Of a stretch of DNA of 64,000 bases, positions 38,671 through 48,750 are shown in pieces. Source of the DNA: Candidatus Woesearchaeota archaeon (GTDB taxonomy: Archaea; Nanobdellota; Nanobdellia; Woesearchaeales; WJKL01); the NCBI GenBank assembly GCA_036481345.1, contig JAZGHU010000015.1, forward strand, positions 3,315 through 67,314, read 5' to 3'. Under the pieces are notes generated by a model that was given only the letters and a program-made list of their open reading frames with translations, was not told the origin of the DNA and did no database searches. Within the stretch, counting starts at the first letter, position 1, and each line of letters begins with the position of its first letter. The position numbers were made by a program, and so were the translations under genes.

Positions 38671-39485
38671 CGAAAAATAAGTTGTTCTACAACACATCCG
38701 AAAAAGTTATTGCCTAAACCAAACAATAAAAATATTATCAAAGAGATAAGGAAATATATTATTGTAGTTTTCCAAGATTGGATTGTTTTTGATGGTCTTT
38801 TGAAGATAAAAGGCAGTGCTGACAAAAAGAATGGTATGAAAATTGCCTGGATTACAGCAAATGTACACCAGATTGAAGTTAAATCATAACATATGTTTAC
38901 TGATAGGAATAAAGAACCAAATAAAAGATATAATACAGCAAGTATAAAGGATATATCCATAATTGCAAGAAGGAACCAGAGAATTGTTTTTCTAGATTTT
39001 TGATCTTTTAATTTGCTTCTTGCTGTGAATGCACAGATATGGATATAGATAAAAATAAAAAACCAGAGTGCAGTCCAAAGTTTAGGGGAATAATGTCTGA
39101 TATAAAAACTAACTACCTCGAAAGATACAGGAATGAAAATCTGGACAATACCTACTGCAGCAATTAACCACAAGACAATTTTGCTGCGAAGATTTCTATT
39201 GAGCAAGACTTCCATTGCTCTTAATCCAAAATAAGGGGCGAGTAGTGAAATAATTAGTCCTGTTTTGTAGATAATCTGATTGTTTGTTATTAAAGATAAA
39301 AATTCAAAAAATTGATGCCCCCCTATAAATGCAAAAGCAATGATTACATTACTGAGAAAAGGCATTAGCCATTTTTTCTTGGTTTTAGCATATCTTTTCG
39401 AATAAAAGAAATAAAAGAATATACACGAAAGAAAAATAATAAGTGCAGTTAGTAATTGTACTTCTTTACTATAACACATAATCAT
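38667..39485 (-). CDS. Multi-pass membrane protein (MCYS N-terminus)
   Basis: About 7-8 TM segments, HQFFEF and S.WC motifs. Confidence 0.7.
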   Translation of the reverse strand: MIMCYSKEVQLLTALIIFLSCIFFYFFYSKRYAKTKKKWLMPFLSNVIIAFAFIGGHQFFEFLSLITNNQIIYKTGLIISLLAPYFGLRAMEVLLNRNLRSKIVLWLIAAVGIVQIFIPVSFEVVSFYIRHYSPKLWTALWFFIFIYIHICAFTARSKLKDQKSRKTILWFLLAIMDISFILAVLYLLFGSLFLSVNICYDLTSIWCTFAVIQAIFIPFFLSALPFIFKRPSKTIQSWKTTIIYFLISLIIFLLFGLGNNFFGCVVEQLIFR

Positions 39486-39558
39486 GAAATAACGCCTTTA
39501 GTTTATATTATTTGCTATTCACGAAAACTTTTTAAAGGACTTTATTCTTATTTTGAGT

Positions 39559-40173
39559 ATGGTAGATGTTAAAGAAAGATTAGAACAAGGATATATTCAA
39601 TCAAAAGTGATTGTTGAATTAGTTGGAAAGCCCAAAGAATATGTTGAGAAAACACTTAATGAATATGTAGATCATCTTAAGAAAAGAGAAAATGTAGATA
39701 TAGTTTCAGTTGATTTTAATGAGCCAAAAGAAGTTGAAGGAGAGCAGCAGGGATTGTTTGCTGCTTTTGTTGAAATTGAATTATTAACCAAGGATATTCC
39801 TGCATTGATTCTATTTTGTTTTGATTATATGCCAAGTTCTATTGAGATTATTGCTCCTGAAGAATTTAGGATGAAGAGTAGGGATATAACTAACATCATG
39901 AATGATCTGCAAGGCAAATTGCATAAACTAGATATGGGTGTTAAGCAGCTGACTAATGAGAATCAGTTTTTGAAGAAGAACATTTATTCTTTGTCAACAA
40001 ATATTGTTTCATTAGCATTGAAGGTTGGAGTCAAAAAAGTTAAAGGTTTGGCTAAATTAACTGGAATGCCTGAGAAACATATGGAAGATTTCTTGGAAAG
40101 CTTGATTAAGAAAAAATTTGTAAAAAAAGAAGGTGAGGATTACATTTGGATTAAAGATGAACGAAAAGAATAG
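39559..40173 (+). CDS. Conserved hypothetical protein with C-terminal wHTH-like segment
   Basis: VELVGKPKE, F.E.E, FDYMPSSIEI..P; coiled coil then a putative HTH. Confidence 0.75.
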   Translation: MVDVKERLEQGYIQSKVIVELVGKPKEYVEKTLNEYVDHLKKRENVDIVSVDFNEPKEVEGEQQGLFAAFVEIELLTKDIPALILFCFDYMPSSIEIIAPEEFRMKSRDITNIMNDLQGKLHKLDMGVKQLTNENQFLKKNIYSLSTNIVSLALKVGVKKVKGLAKLTGMPEKHMEDFLESLIKKKFVKKEGEDYIWIKDERKE

Positions 40174-40954
40174 AATTGAAGCATTACTGTTTACTGTTGC
40201 AAAGAGGATAAGTTTAGATGAGATTTCTAAAATTACTGGAATAAGAGATATTGATAAGATCAAGAATGCTTTGAATGAATTGAAGATGGATTATGAAGCT
40301 AAAGGCAGTTCTATGACTTTGAATGATGAAGGAGAAGGTTATTGGAAGATGACTGTCAAAGACCATTATATGCCAATGGTGAGGAAAGTTGTTAGTCAAA
40401 TGGAGATAGACCGGCCTTTGATGGAGACTCTTGCTGTTATTGCATGGAAATATCCAGTACTACAGGCAGATGTTGTTAAGATAAGGCATAACAAAGCATA
40501 TGATCATTTGAAAAGACTTGAAGAATTAGGATTTATTACAAGAGTTAAGTATGGAAGAACTAACAAGTTGACTTTGACTTCTAAGTTTTTTGAGTATTTT
40601 GATTTGCCTTCAAAAGAGCAGGCAAAAGAAGTGTTTAAGAATGTTGTTCCTGAAAAGATTAGAGAGAAGGTAGAGAAAACTGAAGCAGAGATTGATGAGG
40701 CTGAGAAAAAGTTAGAAGAAGCTAAGAGAAAGAAAGAAGAGATGAAGAAAGAAGCTGATAAAAGCAAAACAGAAGGACCTCCTGTTGATCCTACAAGTCA
40801 AGATCCTGAGCCCAAACCAGATGAAGGCCCGGCACCAGTTCCTGAAGTTGAAGAATTAAAAGAAATGCAAAAGGAAGAAGATAAAGAATTAGAGAAAACA
40901 GAGAAAGCAGTTGAAGATTTGGATAAAGAAGAAGATAAAAAATTTTATGATTAA
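40157..40954 (+). CDS. scpB: SMC-Scp complex subunit ScpB
   Basis: IEALLF, METLAVIAWKYPV, T..FFEYF; acidic tail; start at ATG 40157. Confidence 0.88.
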   Translation: MNEKNRIEALLFTVAKRISLDEISKITGIRDIDKIKNALNELKMDYEAKGSSMTLNDEGEGYWKMTVKDHYMPMVRKVVSQMEIDRPLMETLAVIAWKYPVLQADVVKIRHNKAYDHLKRLEELGFITRVKYGRTNKLTLTSKFFEYFDLPSKEQAKEVFKNVVPEKIREKVEKTEAEIDEAEKKLEEAKRKKEEMKKEADKSKTEGPPVDPTSQDPEPKPDEGPAPVPEVEELKEMQKEEDKELEKTEKAVEDLDKEEDKKFYD

Positions 40955-41102
40955 GATGTTTCTAATTAAATGCCCTAAATGCAAACAGAATATGAAGTAT
41001 CAAGTGATGAAAGGATTGGTTGCAGGGAAAAGTAAAAGATGTGTTTATTGCGGCAGAAGTTTTCAGGTTAAAGAGAATATTGTTAAGAAAGTCAAAAATT
41101 AG
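40947..41102 (+). CDS. Small zinc-ribbon protein
   Basis: CPKC...CVYC; overlaps the scpB stop. Confidence 0.7.
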   Translation: MIKMFLIKCPKCKQNMKYQVMKGLVAGKSKRCVYCGRSFQVKENIVKKVKN

Positions 41103-41205
41103 CTAAAATTGCGAATTCTGGTAGTACAGGGGCTGAGAAGGTCGAATTCATGCGAAAGGTTTATAAAGGAAGATAGTTTCTTTTTAATAGGAAATTCTCG
41201 TCAGA

Positions 41206-43689
41206 ATGGAAGAAAAAAAACAAACAAACGAAAAGCGAGACTCTTCGATGCCTCAGAAATCTGAAAAGATTTCAGAGAAACCAAAAGAAAGAGTCATCCA
41301 GCAAGTTATTGAGGATGAGATGAAGAAGTCTTATCTAGATTATTCTATGTCTGTTATTGTTGGGAGGGCTTTGCCTGATGTTAGAGATGGATTGAAGCCA
41401 GTTCATAGAAGAATTCTTTATGCTATGCATAAGATGGGAATGTTTCACAACAAGGCTTCTAAGAAATCCGCAAGAATTGTTGGAGAAGTTTTAGGAAAGT
41501 ATCATCCACATGGTGATACTGCTGTTTATGATTCTTTAGTTAGGATGGCTCAGCCTTGGAGCCTTCGTTATCCTTTGATCAATGGCCAAGGAAATTTTGG
41601 AAGTGTTGATGGTGATAGGGCTGCTGCAATGAGATATACTGAAGCTAAACTTAAGAAGTTAGCTGAAGAGATGCTGAAAGATATTGATAAGAAGACTGTA
41701 AAGTTTGTTCCTAATTTTGATGGAAGTTTGAAAGAGCCTTTTTATCTTCCTGCTAAAGTTCCTAATTTGTTGGTAAACGGAAGTTCTGGAATTGCAGTTG
41801 GAATGGCTACTAATATTCCACCGCATAATTTGAAAGAAGTTGCTGATGCTTGTGTTTATTTAATTGATAATCCTGAAGCTGCTGTTGACGAACTAATGAG
41901 ATATGTTAAAGGTCCTGATTTTCCAACAGCGGGAATTATTTCTGGAGTTAGTGGAATTAAAAGTGCTTATACAACTGGAAGAGGAAGAGTTATTATCAAG
42001 GCTAAGACGCATATTGAAGAAGGAAAGAATCGGAACAAGATTGTTGTTACAGAAATTCCCTATATGGTTAACAAATCTATGTTAGTTGAGGAGATTGCTA
42101 ATCTTGTTAATGCTGGAAAAGTAAAAGGGATTTCAGATTTAAGAGATGAAAGTTCTAGAAAAGGTATGCGTGTTGTTATTACTCTTAGAAAAGATGCTAA
42201 TCAAGATATTGTATTGAATCAGTTGATGAAACATACAAGATTAAAAACAACTTTTGGAATTATAATGCTGGCTTTAGTTGGTGGAGAACCAAAAGTTTTG
42301 AATTTAAAAGATTTGATTCATAATTATATTATTCATAGACAAAGAGTTGTTAGGAGAAGAACTAAGTTTGATTTGAATAAAGCAGAAGATAGAGCGCATA
42401 TTTTAGAAGGTTTACTAATTGCATTAAAAGATATTGATTCTACTGTTAAGATGATCAAGGAGAGTTCTAATGCTGAAGAAGCGAGGAAAGTTTTGATCAG
42501 TAAATTACAGATAACTGAGAAGCAGGCTGTTGCTATCTTAGAAATGAGACTTCAGAGATTGACTGGATTAGAGCAAGAGAAAATAAAGACAGAACATACA
42601 GAATTATTGAAATTAATTGAAGAGTTAAAAACAATACTTGCTGATGAAAATAGAATCTTAAAGATTATTAAGAAAGAATTAGAAGAAATTAAAGAAAATT
42701 ATGGGGATGAAAGGAGAACAGTAATTATTGAAAAAGAAGAAGAAGATGTTGTTGCTGAAGATCTGATCAAGCCAGAGAATGTTGTTATCTCAATTACTCA
42801 TTCAGGATATATTAAAAGACTGCCAATTGATACATATAAATCTCAGAGAAGAGGGGGCAGAGGAGTGATTGCAGCAACTACAAAAGAAGAAGATTTTGTT
42901 GAAGACTTGTTTATTGCAAATACTCATAGCTATGTATTGTTCTTTACAAATAAAGGAAAATTGAAATGGATGAAAGTTTATGAAATTCCTGAAGCAGGAA
43001 GAACTGCAAAAGGAGTTGCTATTGTTAATTTACTTCGTTTAGGAGAGGGAGAGAAGGTAACTGCTTATATCCCTGTAAAAAGTTTAGAAGAAGGATATTT
43101 GTTTATGGCAACTAAGAAAGGAATTGTTAAGAAAACAGCAATGAAAGAATTTTCAAAGCCAAGAAAAGGAGGAATTATTGCTATAGGATTAAAGGAAAAT
43201 GACGAATTAATAAGTGTTAAAAGAACAACTGGAGAAAGTGTGATATTGTTAGCTACTAAAAATGGACAATCTGTTAAATTTGATGAAAAACATGTTAGAA
43301 ATATGGGAAGAAGTGCTAAAGGTGTTAGAGGAATCAAATTGAAAGTGGATGATGCTGTTGTTGGAATGGAGATTGCAAGAGATGAAAGAACATTGTTTAC
43401 AATTACTGAAAATGGTTATGGTAAGAGAACTTTAATATCTGAATATAGATTGATTAATAGAGGAGGAAGTGGAGTAAAAAATATTATTTGTTCAGAAAGA
43501 AATGGAAAAGTTGTTGGAGTTAAATCTGTTAAAGATGAAGATGAATTGATGCTGATAAGCCAGAAAGGCGTTGGAATAAGAGTTCCTGCAAAAGGCATTT
43601 CTGTTATAGGCAGAGCAACACAAGGAGTTAGAATAATGAAGTTAGGAGAAGGAGATAAAGTTGCTGCTGTTGCTAAGGTAGTTGGTTAA
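41206..43689 (+). CDS. gyrA: DNA gyrase subunit A
   Basis: [24 protein letters not shown] catalytic Tyr, GyrA-box QRRGGRG, beta-pinwheel repeats. Confidence 0.97.
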   Translation: MEEKKQTNEKRDSSMPQKSEKISEKPKERVIQQVIEDEMKKSYLDYSMSVIVGRALPDVRDGLKPVHRRILYAMHKMGMFHNKASKKSARIVGEVLGKYHPHGDTAVYDSLVRMAQPWSLRYPLINGQGNFGSVDGDRAAAMRYTEAKLKKLAEEMLKDIDKKTVKFVPNFDGSLKEPFYLPAKVPNLLVNGSSGIAVGMATNIPPHNLKEVADACVYLIDNPEAAVDELMRYVKGPDFPTAGIISGVSGIKSAYTTGRGRVIIKAKTHIEEGKNRNKIVVTEIPYMVNKSMLVEEIANLVNAGKVKGISDLRDESSRKGMRVVITLRKDANQDIVLNQLMKHTRLKTTFGIIMLALVGGEPKVLNLKDLIHNYIIHRQRVVRRRTKFDLNKAEDRAHILEGLLIALKDIDSTVKMIKESSNAEEARKVLISKLQITEKQAVAILEMRLQRLTGLEQEKIKTEHTELLKLIEELKTILADENRILKIIKKELEEIKENYGDERRTVIIEKEEEDVVAEDLIKPENVVISITHSGYIKRLPIDTYKSQRRGGRGVIAATTKEEDFVEDLFIANTHSYVLFFTNKGKLKWMKVYEIPEAGRTAKGVAIVNLLRLGEGEKVTAYIPVKSLEEGYLFMATKKGIVKKTAMKEFSKPRKGGIIAIGLKENDELISVKRTTGESVILLATKNGQSVKFDEKHVRNMGRSAKGVRGIKLKVDDAVVGMEIARDERTLFTITENGYGKRTLISEYRLINRGGSGVKNIICSERNGKVVGVKSVKDEDELMLISQKGVGIRVPAKGISVIGRATQGVRIMKLGEGDKVAAVAKVVG

Positions 43690-44210
43690 AGAATAATTTC
43701 ATCAATAGATTTTCTTTTTAGTGGTTTTGGTTCTTGTGCCGCATAACCTACAGTAATTACATAAGGAACAACATAATCTTTTGGAATATTTAGTACATCT
43801 TTGATTTTATTTTTTTCCATCCATCCAACCCAACAAGTTCCTAATCCAAGTTCTGTGGCTCTTAATACCAAATGATCAGTTGCAATTGTTAAATCTCTGG
43901 CAGCTCTTGATTCATAAGAATCATCAAAACCTTCTTCGAATTTTGCTTTTGGGTATGCTTCTGGATTTGCACAGCAGACTATAATTACTGGCGCTTCATA
44001 TACAAATTCTTGTTTAAATATTTCATTCTCTCGAAGTTTTTCTTTTTGCTGAGAATCTTTTATTACTTTGTATAACCAAGGTTGAGCATTATTTCCAGAA
44101 GGAGCTAATCTCGCTGCTTCTAACATTTCCTTGATAAATTCTTCTGGAACTTCTTTATCTTGATATTTTCTTATACTTCTTCTTTCTTCAATTGCTTGTT
44201 TAACATCCAT
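43686..44210 (-). CDS. Nitroreductase family protein
   Basis: [25 protein letters not shown]. Confidence 0.93.
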   Translation of the reverse strand: MDVKQAIEERRSIRKYQDKEVPEEFIKEMLEAARLAPSGNNAQPWLYKVIKDSQQKEKLRENEIFKQEFVYEAPVIIVCCANPEAYPKAKFEEGFDDSYESRAARDLTIATDHLVLRATELGLGTCWVGWMEKNKIKDVLNIPKDYVVPYVITVGYAAQEPKPLKRKSIDEIIL

Positions 44211-44277
44211 GAATGTGATTAATATTACATTGTTTAAAAACCTAACTTTTTTATAGACTGTTAAGTTGTTTTTTCTT

Positions 44278-45165
44278 ATGAAAGCATTAGCTATAAGTTA
44301 TTCTGGAATGGAAGATATTACTCAGCTTGAGATAAAAGAGTTAATTGGGAAAGAAAGTGAAGTTAAAGAGAGTTGTGTTGTGTTTGAATGTTCTGAAGAA
44401 GAGTTAGCAAAGTATTGTTATAAATGTCAGGGGGCTAATAGGGTAATTTTGTTATTAGATGAGTTTAAGATTTCTAAAATTGAAGATTTGGAAAGGATTT
44501 CTAAAATTGATTTTTCTAAGTGGTTAGATAAAAAGAGTTTTGCTGCTCGAAGTTGGGTTGTTGAGAATGAACTTGAAAATTCTGATGTTCAGAAAACAAC
44601 TGGAGATTATGTTGAAGGAAAAGTTGATCTGAAGAATCCAGATGTGACTGTTTTTGTTTATATTTATTCTAATGATTGTTATGTTGGAATTGATTTTTCA
44701 GGAGAAATCAGCAAAAGAGATTATAAGATCCGGCTTTGTAGAGATGATTTGAAAGGAACTATTGCTTATGCTTTGGTTAGATTAAGTGGTTATAGTTCTG
44801 AAAAGAGTTTTTTGAATTTGAATTCTAAAACAGGGACAATTGCAATTGAAGCAGCACTGTTTGGAAGTGGTAAGAGTGTTAATTATTATGATAAAAAGAA
44901 ATTTCCTTTTTTGAAATTCATGGATTATGAATTTGAAGATTCTGATTTGAAAGAAGTTAATGTTTATGCTTCTGATTCTCCTGGTTATTTGAAAGTTATT
45001 TCTACTAATGCAAAAGTTGCTGGTGTTAATATTAAATTTGAAGAAGTTAAAGCAGATTGTGTTGTTAAATACGAAAGAGGGAAAGCAGAAGTTTCTGGGT
45101 TGAAAGAATCAAGAGAAATTAAGCATGGAAAAGAAGTTTTGAAAATAGTAAGTTTTATATCTTAA
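44278..45165 (+). CDS. THUMP-domain protein with degenerate methyltransferase domain (Trm14/RlmL-like)
   Basis: GMED...EI, VDLKNPD, GIDFSG..SKRDY, GTIAIEAA; no NPPY motif. Confidence 0.75.
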   Translation: MKALAISYSGMEDITQLEIKELIGKESEVKESCVVFECSEEELAKYCYKCQGANRVILLLDEFKISKIEDLERISKIDFSKWLDKKSFAARSWVVENELENSDVQKTTGDYVEGKVDLKNPDVTVFVYIYSNDCYVGIDFSGEISKRDYKIRLCRDDLKGTIAYALVRLSGYSSEKSFLNLNSKTGTIAIEAALFGSGKSVNYYDKKKFPFLKFMDYEFEDSDLKEVNVYASDSPGYLKVISTNAKVAGVNIKFEEVKADCVVKYERGKAEVSGLKESREIKHGKEVLKIVSFIS

Positions 45166-45183
45166 GTTAATTTATTTCTTAAT

Positions 45184-45504
45184 ATGAAATCATGGCTTAA
45201 AGGCGGATTGATCACTCTATCTATCTTTGCAATTTGTGCTATAATAACATATGTTGGCACCCTTACTTGTGGGTGGAATCCTGTTGAAGGAAGTGTAGTT
45301 AAAGGGGATCTTTGTAAAAATTTAGTTTTAATGGTGGTGCTTTATTTTATTCCAGGAGTCATTGCATTAATTCTGGGTGGCTTTATGCTTTTGCTGACTG
45401 ATATTATTGGTTTTTATCCTTCTGTAATATCATCATTAATTATATCTTTTTTAATAGGGGCTTTAATAGGCTTAATTGTCGATAAAACAAAATCTAAAAA
45501 ATAG
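45184..45504 (+). CDS. Small membrane protein
   Basis: MKSWLKGGLI...IGALIG.I..K pattern with a Cys pair. Confidence 0.7.
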   Translation: MKSWLKGGLITLSIFAICAIITYVGTLTCGWNPVEGSVVKGDLCKNLVLMVVLYFIPGVIALILGGFMLLLTDIIGFYPSVISSLIISFLIGALIGLIVDKTKSKK

Positions 45505-45538
45505 TAACGTTTTTAAAGCCATAAAAATTGATAATTCT

Positions 45539-45860
45539 TAGGTAGGGGCGTACTTAACTGACGGTGATTTATATCGCTGAGGAAAGTCCACCCACTGAGT
45601 ATGTGTCACTGCTGTTATGGCAGATGGGTAATACCATGGCAATGGGTCAGAAATACACGTCCATGTATCGGGATGAAAATGGCGAAGTTTGTTGCGAAGC
45701 AAACGAGTTAACCCAAAGACTATGTTGCGTGGGAACGGTGAAACCCGAATCCTGACTGGTGCAAGTGTCGTTGAACACGCTAAGTAGAATGTTAAGACAG
45801 TCTGCCCATAGCTTTTAGTTGTGGAGACTGACAAAAGGTGGCTTATCACGCTTCTACCTA
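45539..45860 (+). ncRNA. rnpB: RNase P RNA
   Basis: Terminal helix TAGGTAGGGGCGT/ACGCTTCTACCTA; CR-I GAGGAAAGTCC; TGCAAG; CR-V ACAAAAGGTGGCTTA. Confidence 0.9.
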
Positions 45861-45884
45861 CTTTATTATTAAGGTGAAAAAACA

Positions 45885-46055
45885 ATGGCTGAAAAGATGA
45901 GAATGCCTAGCGGCATGGGAGGATTAGTAAGGTATTTTGATGAAGTTAAAAGTAAATTTAATTTTAAGCCTGGGTTAGTTATAGTTCTTTGTGTTGTTGT
46001 GATTATAATCATGATTCTTTTGCATTTGTTTGGCAATAAATTGTTAGGAATATAA
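45885..46055 (+). CDS. secG: Preprotein translocase subunit Sec61beta (not in ORF track)
   Basis: Manual translation MAEKMRMPSGMGGLVRYFDEVKSKFNFKPGLVIVLCVVV...; AAGGTGA RBS. Confidence 0.92.
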   Translation: MAEKMRMPSGMGGLVRYFDEVKSKFNFKPGLVIVLCVVVIIIMILLHLFGNKLLGI

Positions 46056-46113
46056 TCTAAACTATTTTTTCTAAGACATAAATATTTTTATATTCTTTTT
46101 ATTTGGCAAAAAT

Positions 46114-46677
46114 ATGTATCCAATATCTGTTGATGAATTAGTGGATGTAACTTTTTGGGGGGCTTTTTTCAGAGATCCTAAACATGTTGAAGCAGATCTT
46201 AAAGAAGCCCGAGCTGATAATGTAAGGCACCCTGGTGCTCTAGATGCCCATTACAAAAATAGAGGAGTTTTTGATGACCCTTATAAGTTCACTTTTGTTA
46301 TTGGTGATTATAATCCTGAAACAGGGTTATATACAGCTACAATTGATGATTTCTTTGGAGAGTCTAAAGGTGTTGGGGGGATTTTGCTTAAAGATAGATG
46401 GGATAATACGATTAAGTTTGCAAAAGTGTATTCTATAGGTTCTGATCCTCATGCGAGTTTAACAGCAAACCCTAGTTTGTTCCATGATTCACAAAATTTT
46501 AGAGTGATTGAATGTTCTGGAACTATAGACAAAGAACAAGAAACATCAAACAAAATCGCTGCTCAAGGCAAATATATCTATGGCGCTCCTTGTATGGCTG
46601 GATTTTGGTATATGAGCAATCAAGAAGAAGATGAATTTAGGGATGGGATTATGCAAGGTCTTGTAAAAAAACTTTAA
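46114..46677 (+). CDS. Hypothetical protein
   Basis: 187 aa ORF with an upstream TATA-like element; no recognised family. Confidence 0.6.
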   Translation: MYPISVDELVDVTFWGAFFRDPKHVEADLKEARADNVRHPGALDAHYKNRGVFDDPYKFTFVIGDYNPETGLYTATIDDFFGESKGVGGILLKDRWDNTIKFAKVYSIGSDPHASLTANPSLFHDSQNFRVIECSGTIDKEQETSNKIAAQGKYIYGAPCMAGFWYMSNQEEDEFRDGIMQGLVKKL

Positions 46678-46718
46678 TGTTAGTTCTTAGAAACCTTTTT
46701 ATACAACTTTAAATTCTT

Positions 46719-47069
46719 ATGATTAAAATGATGCCTGGAATGAATCCAAGAAAGATGCAGCAGATGATGAAGAAGATGGGTATTGCCCAGACTGAGTTAG
46801 ATGCTACTGAAGTTATTATTAAATGCGAAGATAAAGAGATTGTTATTACAAATCCTTCTGTTGCAATAGTTAAAGCAATGGGATCAGAACAATATACCAT
46901 TAGTGGCGATGTTGAAGAAAGAGAATTAGCAGCAGAAGCTCCTGAAATCAATGAAGAAGATGTCAAGACTGTGATGGAACAAGCTAATGTTGATGAAGAA
47001 AAAGCAAAAGAAGCATTAGAAGCTGCAGAAGGAGATATTGCAAAGGCTATAATGGATTTGCAGGGATAA
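46719..47069 (+). CDS. nac: Nascent polypeptide-associated complex protein
   Basis: MNPRKMQQMMKKMGI, EEDVK.VMEQA, GDIAKAI (UBA). Confidence 0.95.
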   Translation: MIKMMPGMNPRKMQQMMKKMGIAQTELDATEVIIKCEDKEIVITNPSVAIVKAMGSEQYTISGDVEERELAAEAPEINEEDVKTVMEQANVDEEKAKEALEAAEGDIAKAIMDLQG

Positions 47070-47115
47070 TTACACAAATTTTTTAAATCAAGTTCTATTA
47101 GTGTTTTTTGGGGCA

Positions 47116-47607
47116 ATGGAAAGATTTCAAGAACATAGTCAGAAAGCTAAAAGAAACATCAAGATAGCAGATCATATGCTATTGGTTACTTTTCCTTTGA
47201 TTAAGGATACAAAGCTGTTATTGGCAGTGATTGAAAATATCTTCTTAGGATATACAAATGCTGTTGCTGCTATCTTGCATTATGAAAGGCTGTTTAAGAG
47301 GATTCCTCCTTTTCAGGATACTTTTGAAAGCAAAATGAATATGTTTAAGGAGAAAATAGTATTGAAACATAGTATTGATAAGAGCTATGTAGCTGAGGTG
47401 CATGATATACGGGATGTCATAATCCAGCACAGAAAAAGCCCTGTTGAGTTCAAAAGAGGCGATAAGTTTGTTATTTGCTCTGAAAACTATAGAATCAAGA
47501 CAGTTTCAGCAAATGACATCAGAAAATACTTGGATAAGGCAAAGGTATTTATAGAAGTAATGGATAATATTGTGAGAAAAGATGAAGGATTATTTAGACA
47601 AACTTAA
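47116..47607 (+). CDS. Hypothetical helical protein (HEPN-like fold suspected)
   Basis: ADH...V.F motif shared with the next ORF; start at ATG 47116. Confidence 0.75.
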   Translation: MERFQEHSQKAKRNIKIADHMLLVTFPLIKDTKLLLAVIENIFLGYTNAVAAILHYERLFKRIPPFQDTFESKMNMFKEKIVLKHSIDKSYVAEVHDIRDVIIQHRKSPVEFKRGDKFVICSENYRIKTVSANDIRKYLDKAKVFIEVMDNIVRKDEGLFRQT

Positions 47608-48034
47608 ATCAGAGCTTAAAAGAGCAGACCATTTGTTCTATGTAAGTCTAAAATACACAAGAACTGTTGATGTAATTAGAAGTGTAATTGAAAGACTGAT
47701 TAATGCTTTTGATGTAGGCATGGAAGGATTATTGCAGAAAGTAAAGAGAAGAAGGAAGACATTAGAAGTTCCAGAACAGCCAAGGAAACGAGCAGAAGTT
47801 ACAAAAGAAGTGTTTGCTGATGATCCTCAACTAATCAAGTTTATTGATTTTTATTTAGGATTAAGAGATATAATCCAAGCAAGGTATGATAAGGCGAAAG
47901 AGTATAGAAGAAATGTCAGAATGATAACTTATTTGAATCTTGAAACACCTATGGATGTTAATATTGATTTAGTATTGGAATTTTTTGAAGAAACAAAAAA
48001 GTTTGAAGAGTATGTTATAGAAAAATTAGGATGA
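47582..48034 (+). CDS. Hypothetical helical protein, paralogue of the preceding ORF
   Basis: ELKRADHL.YVSLKYT.T.DV, EYRR; overlaps both neighbours. Confidence 0.78.
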   Translation: MKDYLDKLKSELKRADHLFYVSLKYTRTVDVIRSVIERLINAFDVGMEGLLQKVKRRRKTLEVPEQPRKRAEVTKEVFADDPQLIKFIDFYLGLRDIIQARYDKAKEYRRNVRMITYLNLETPMDVNIDLVLEFFEETKKFEEYVIEKLG

Positions 48035-48729
48035 CAAGATTTATTGCAATTGTTTCTGGAAAAGGAGGGGTAGGAAAAACAACAACCGCAATTAATTTAG
48101 GTGCAGCATTAGCCAATCTTGGAAATGATTCACTTGTTCTTGATGGAAACTTAACAACTCCACATATTGGACTATATCTTGGATTTGCAAATCCCCCTAT
48201 TACATTGCATGAAGTTATCAAAGGAAATTCTAATCTTCAAGAAGCAACTTATTTGCATGCATCTGGAATGAAAGTTATTCCAGGGAGCATAAGATATGAT
48301 ATTTTAGATGACCTAAATTTGAGCAGGATAAAAGGAGTGTTTAAAAAATTAAAAGGTTATGGAGAATCAATCCTTATCGATACTGGTGCAGGATTTACAG
48401 CAGAGAACCAAGCTGTGATGAATGTAGCTGATGAAATTTTAGTTGTTACAAATCCAGAGTTTGCAGCTGTGACTGACGCATTAAAAGTAATAAAGCATGC
48501 AGAAAAACAGAATAAATTAGTTCTCGGAGTTGTGTTGAACAAAGTTGGAGAATTTGATGAGATGTCTGTTGAAAATATAGAAGCAATGCTAAATGTGCCA
48601 ATAATTGGAATGGTTCCTAAAAGTGATGCTGTTAAGAAATCTCAAATAGCTAAACACCCTGTTGTTTATTCTGATCCTGATTCAGATGCTGCTGTTGAGT
48701 TTAAGAAGATTGCAGAAAGGCTTAAATAG
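48031..48729 (+). CDS. minD: MinD/ParA family ATPase
   Basis: SGKGGVGKTT deviant Walker A, IDTGAG, VVTNPE..AVTDA, GVVLNK. Confidence 0.88.
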   Translation: MTRFIAIVSGKGGVGKTTTAINLGAALANLGNDSLVLDGNLTTPHIGLYLGFANPPITLHEVIKGNSNLQEATYLHASGMKVIPGSIRYDILDDLNLSRIKGVFKKLKGYGESILIDTGAGFTAENQAVMNVADEILVVTNPEFAAVTDALKVIKHAEKQNKLVLGVVLNKVGEFDEMSVENIEAMLNVPIIGMVPKSDAVKKSQIAKHPVVYSDPDSDAAVEFKKIAERLK

Positions 48730-48750
48730 ATAATATACTAAAAAAATAAA

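Noticed and set aside
41206..43689. gyrA without an adjacent gyrB
   Set aside because: gyrB may lie elsewhere in the genome, and gyrase in DPANN lineages is already known
45538..45885. ORF-track entries 45538-45885 (-) and 45564-45755 (+)
   Set aside because: They overlap the RNase P RNA; spurious ORFs from GC-richer structural RNA
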